IMG/VR virus record: IMGVR_UViG_2563366853_000003
Coordinates: 1 to 8,943 of that record
DNA length: 8,943 nucleotides
Strand: one strand, 5' to 3'
Origin: a virus
Lineage: Duplodnaviria; Heunggongvirae; Uroviricota; Caudoviricetes
The first letter of the stretch is position 1. Every line of letters starts with the position of its first letter. The notes under the pieces are model-generated. The model searched no databases and was not told the origin of the DNA. It worked only from the letters and a program-made list of their open reading frames with translations. Made by a program: the position numbers and the translations under genes. Shown here in pieces: positions 6,765-8,943 of this stretch.

Positions 6765-7757
6765 ATGACTATAAAAAAAACATATGTAACACCAACAGAA
6801 ATAGTGAAATATTTTTATGACAAACCGGAAAACGATAACGTAAAAGAGAGAAAAACAATTGAGAGCCTGACCCGTCTCAAACCTGAGTGGGAAAATACTC
6901 TCGATATGATGAAGTTAATACGCAATTGTGAAAAGCTAGCAACTGAAGGTATTTTAATGGAATTGTCTTCAGGACATACTCTTTTTGACCGTTGCTATTT
7001 CGCACCGAATTTCAATGAATCAGATGCGAAATATGGAAAGTATGATTTTATAGCTGATGGATTTGAGTCAATCATAGACCGCCTTAGTCCTTCCGTTTTA
7101 CCTGTTGTTGTTGAAAAAAGTGATGGTTCACATGATCTTGGTACTAGTTTTATTGTTGGGAATAACCACACGATATTTACAGCCAGACATGTTATTGAAG
7201 ACATGAAGAGTATCAGGATACTTAGAGCTGGTGGTGAGGCTTTACCAATACATAAAATCTTTGTATCTAACGATGAACGTATTGATATCGCTTTAGTTTT
7301 CACAACCATTCCGAATGAAGATAATATTCAACCACTTAAGGTCTCAACCAAAGCCTCGGTACTGGATGAAATTTTATCAATAGGATTTCCACCCATTCCA
7401 GGATTTGATGCATTAAAGTTATATGACGTTTCGCATATAAATTCGTTTGTCCGACTGTCAAAGGGGCGAATTGTTGGTTCTGGTCACTCTTACTTAGATT
7501 CACAAGACTTTTTATTATTCAATGCTAGGGTTAAGGGGGGGAATAGCGGTGGCCCTATAATTAACAAATACGGCCTTGTTGTTGGTATGCTTGTACAAAT
7601 ACCAATATCATCTGAGGACAGTTCAAAGATTGATAACCTTGGATATGGTATAGCTGTAACAGGAAAAAGCCTGCTGGATGCCATTACATTTACAGAAAAT
7701 GGCCGCGAATTAACACTCACCGACCGAGGAAATGGAGAATATTCAACTCTAGCATAA
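6765..7757 (+). CDS. trypsin-like (chymotrypsin-fold) serine protease with N-terminal domain of unknown function; no signal peptide
   Basis: Catalytic triad in order: His in FTARHVIED, Asp in DIALV, Ser in GGNSGGPI. The first ~115 aa have no recognisable motif and no hydrophobic leader. Start is uncertain: ATG 6765 chosen, GTG 6711 is the alternative; both have a weak SD. Confidence 0.7.
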   Translation: MTIKKTYVTPTEIVKYFYDKPENDNVKERKTIESLTRLKPEWENTLDMMKLIRNCEKLATEGILMELSSGHTLFDRCYFAPNFNESDAKYGKYDFIADGFESIIDRLSPSVLPVVVEKSDGSHDLGTSFIVGNNHTIFTARHVIEDMKSIRILRAGGEALPIHKIFVSNDERIDIALVFTTIPNEDNIQPLKVSTKASVLDEILSIGFPPIPGFDALKLYDVSHINSFVRLSKGRIVGSGHSYLDSQDFLLFNARVKGGNSGGPIINKYGLVVGMLVQIPISSEDSSKIDNLGYGIAVTGKSLLDAITFTENGRELTLTDRGNGEYSTLA

Positions 7758-8404
7758 ATGATATTATTAATTAAGTTGTACTAACTCAGTTTAAATGAAT
7801 CAAGCATCCCCGTAACTTTGCCTGAAAAGGCTCATCGAGGGATGCACATTGTACGGATGTGTGAAAACTAAATCGGCTTTGTCACTTGGATTCGAGGGGA
7901 AAACTGAACTGAAAGCGATAAAAACGTCTAAAAAATCGTTTCGCAGACAGATGCACCCGATTCAAGCCATTTTGAGGAAGACTTTCTGCCTTTTATATTT
8001 ATATTAATCATAAGGTTATTCCATTGGTGTACGATATCGTGCTTTGCCCCTCATCTCCCAGATAACTAATTAGCCTTAAAATTACTCATGTGTTTCTGCC
8101 GGTTAAAATTATATGGTTTTCATTTACAATAGTCTCAAGTCCGCTCTTCGCTCATAACAGACATTCACTACAGTTATGGTAGAAGATATGCATGCTGGGT
8201 GGGGAAAGTATGAAGGAAAAGAAGGCTGCTGTGTCGTTTGACATCACTGCAATCTTCTTATTGGTTATGCGGGTCGTAGTGGGACAAAACTGAGACACAT
8301 AAGGCCTAGCAATGGCTTGCAAGGCTTTACATGTTTTGATGTGGTGGGACTTGTGAGCGCAGTGTTGATAGGGTAATGCTTTGAATTAGAAGCGGATTCT
8401 TATA

Positions 8405-8450
8405 ATTCGTAATGCGAAGGTCGTAGGTTCGACTCCTATTATCGGCACCA
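8405..8450 (+). other. tRNA-Thr 3' fragment (anticodon loop to CCA), att-site-like direct-repeat remnant
   Basis: ATTCGTAATGCGAAGGTCGTAGGTTCGACTCCTATTATCGGCACCA has a T-arm and acceptor 3' strand plus CCA, with anticodon CGT in the loop. The preceding sequence does not form the 5' half of a tRNA. The match to a tRNA-Thr (thrW-like) is from memory. Confidence 0.65.
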
Positions 8451-8604
8451 TTCTAACGTCTCCCCAAGTCTACTCAAGTATTTAAAAACCTCTTATAATC
8501 AGTATATTAATGCCCCTTTTAGTCTTTTGACGTCTATTTAAGTACCCCAAACTCTACAAGCAATTGAGGGGATTTGCTGTTCAGTTTAGTGGAGATACCC
8601 CCAA

Positions 8605-8943
8605 GTGAAACTCAATGCCCGTCAAATAGACACTGCCAAGCCAAAAGAGAAGGCTTACAAGTTGGCTGATGGTGGTGGTCTGTACCTCCTGGTAAAACCT
8701 GGTGGAGGAGAATATTGGCGTCTCAAGTATCGTGTAGCTGGTAAAGAGAAGCTGTTAGCACTAGGTGTGTATCCTGAGGTCACCTTAGCTGATGCTCCTG
8801 CAAAACTTGAAGAAGCTAAAAGAGGTATCTCTGGGGGAATCGATCTGATGGAAGTGAAGCGAGAGGAAAAGATTGCCCGGGAAACGCAGTTAAACAACAC
8901 CTTCAAAGATATTGCCCTTGAGTGGCACAGTAACAAATTATAA
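8605..8943 (+). CDS. P4-type tyrosine integrase, N-terminal arm-binding domain only (112 aa; likely truncated or pseudogene)
   Basis: MKLNARQIDTAKPKEKAYKLADGGGLYLLVKPGGGEYWRLKYRVAGKEKLLALGVYPEVTLADA... is the characteristic N-terminus of P4-like integrases. In-frame TAA at 8941-8943 cuts the protein before the catalytic domain. The gene lies immediately downstream of the tRNA fragment. Confidence 0.75.
   Translation: MKLNARQIDTAKPKEKAYKLADGGGLYLLVKPGGGEYWRLKYRVAGKEKLLALGVYPEVTLADAPAKLEEAKRGISGGIDLMEVKREEKIARETQLNNTFKDIALEWHSNKL

Noticed and set aside
6995-7720. Two - strand ORFs (6995-7309 and 7490-7720) inside the protease gene
   Set aside because: Antisense to a CDS with a complete catalytic triad.
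8340-8450. Intact tRNA-Thr gene
   Set aside because: The match begins in the anticodon loop; the 30 nt before it cannot form the acceptor 5' strand or D-arm, so this is a 3' fragment.
8655-8936. 93-aa - strand ORF antisense to the integrase N-terminus
   Set aside because: Antisense shadow of a clearly recognisable integrase domain.

Overview
Mosaic prophage-end / genomic-island region; no CRISPR array, rRNA or intact tRNA was seen. Left ~2.6 kb: the 3' end of a phage tail-fiber gene runs into a ~1.9-kb invertible host-range segment (variable tail-fiber C-terminus plus Tfa chaperone on +, alternate Tfa' plus alternate C-terminus on -), bounded by 26-bp inverted crossover sites and followed by a Pin/Gin/Cin/Hin-family serine DNA invertase. 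Right ~6 kb is a visibly AT-richer cargo block: a GIY-YIG nuclease with an unassigned C-terminal domain, an XRE-HTH / ImmA-like HEXXH peptidase operon divergent from a Bro-N protein gene, a promoter-to-terminator small-RNA candidate, and a cytoplasmic trypsin-like serine protease with an unassigned N-terminal domain. Modules are separated by three direct copies of a 34-bp dyad-symmetric repeat; one copy abuts an ssrA (tmRNA) 3'-end fragment. A tRNA-Thr 3' fragment and a truncated P4-type integrase N-terminus close the window. The strongest candidates for an undescribed system are the GIY-YIG nuclease, the serine protease, and the XRE/ImmA/Bro switch. All calls rest on reading motifs by eye; no searches were run.
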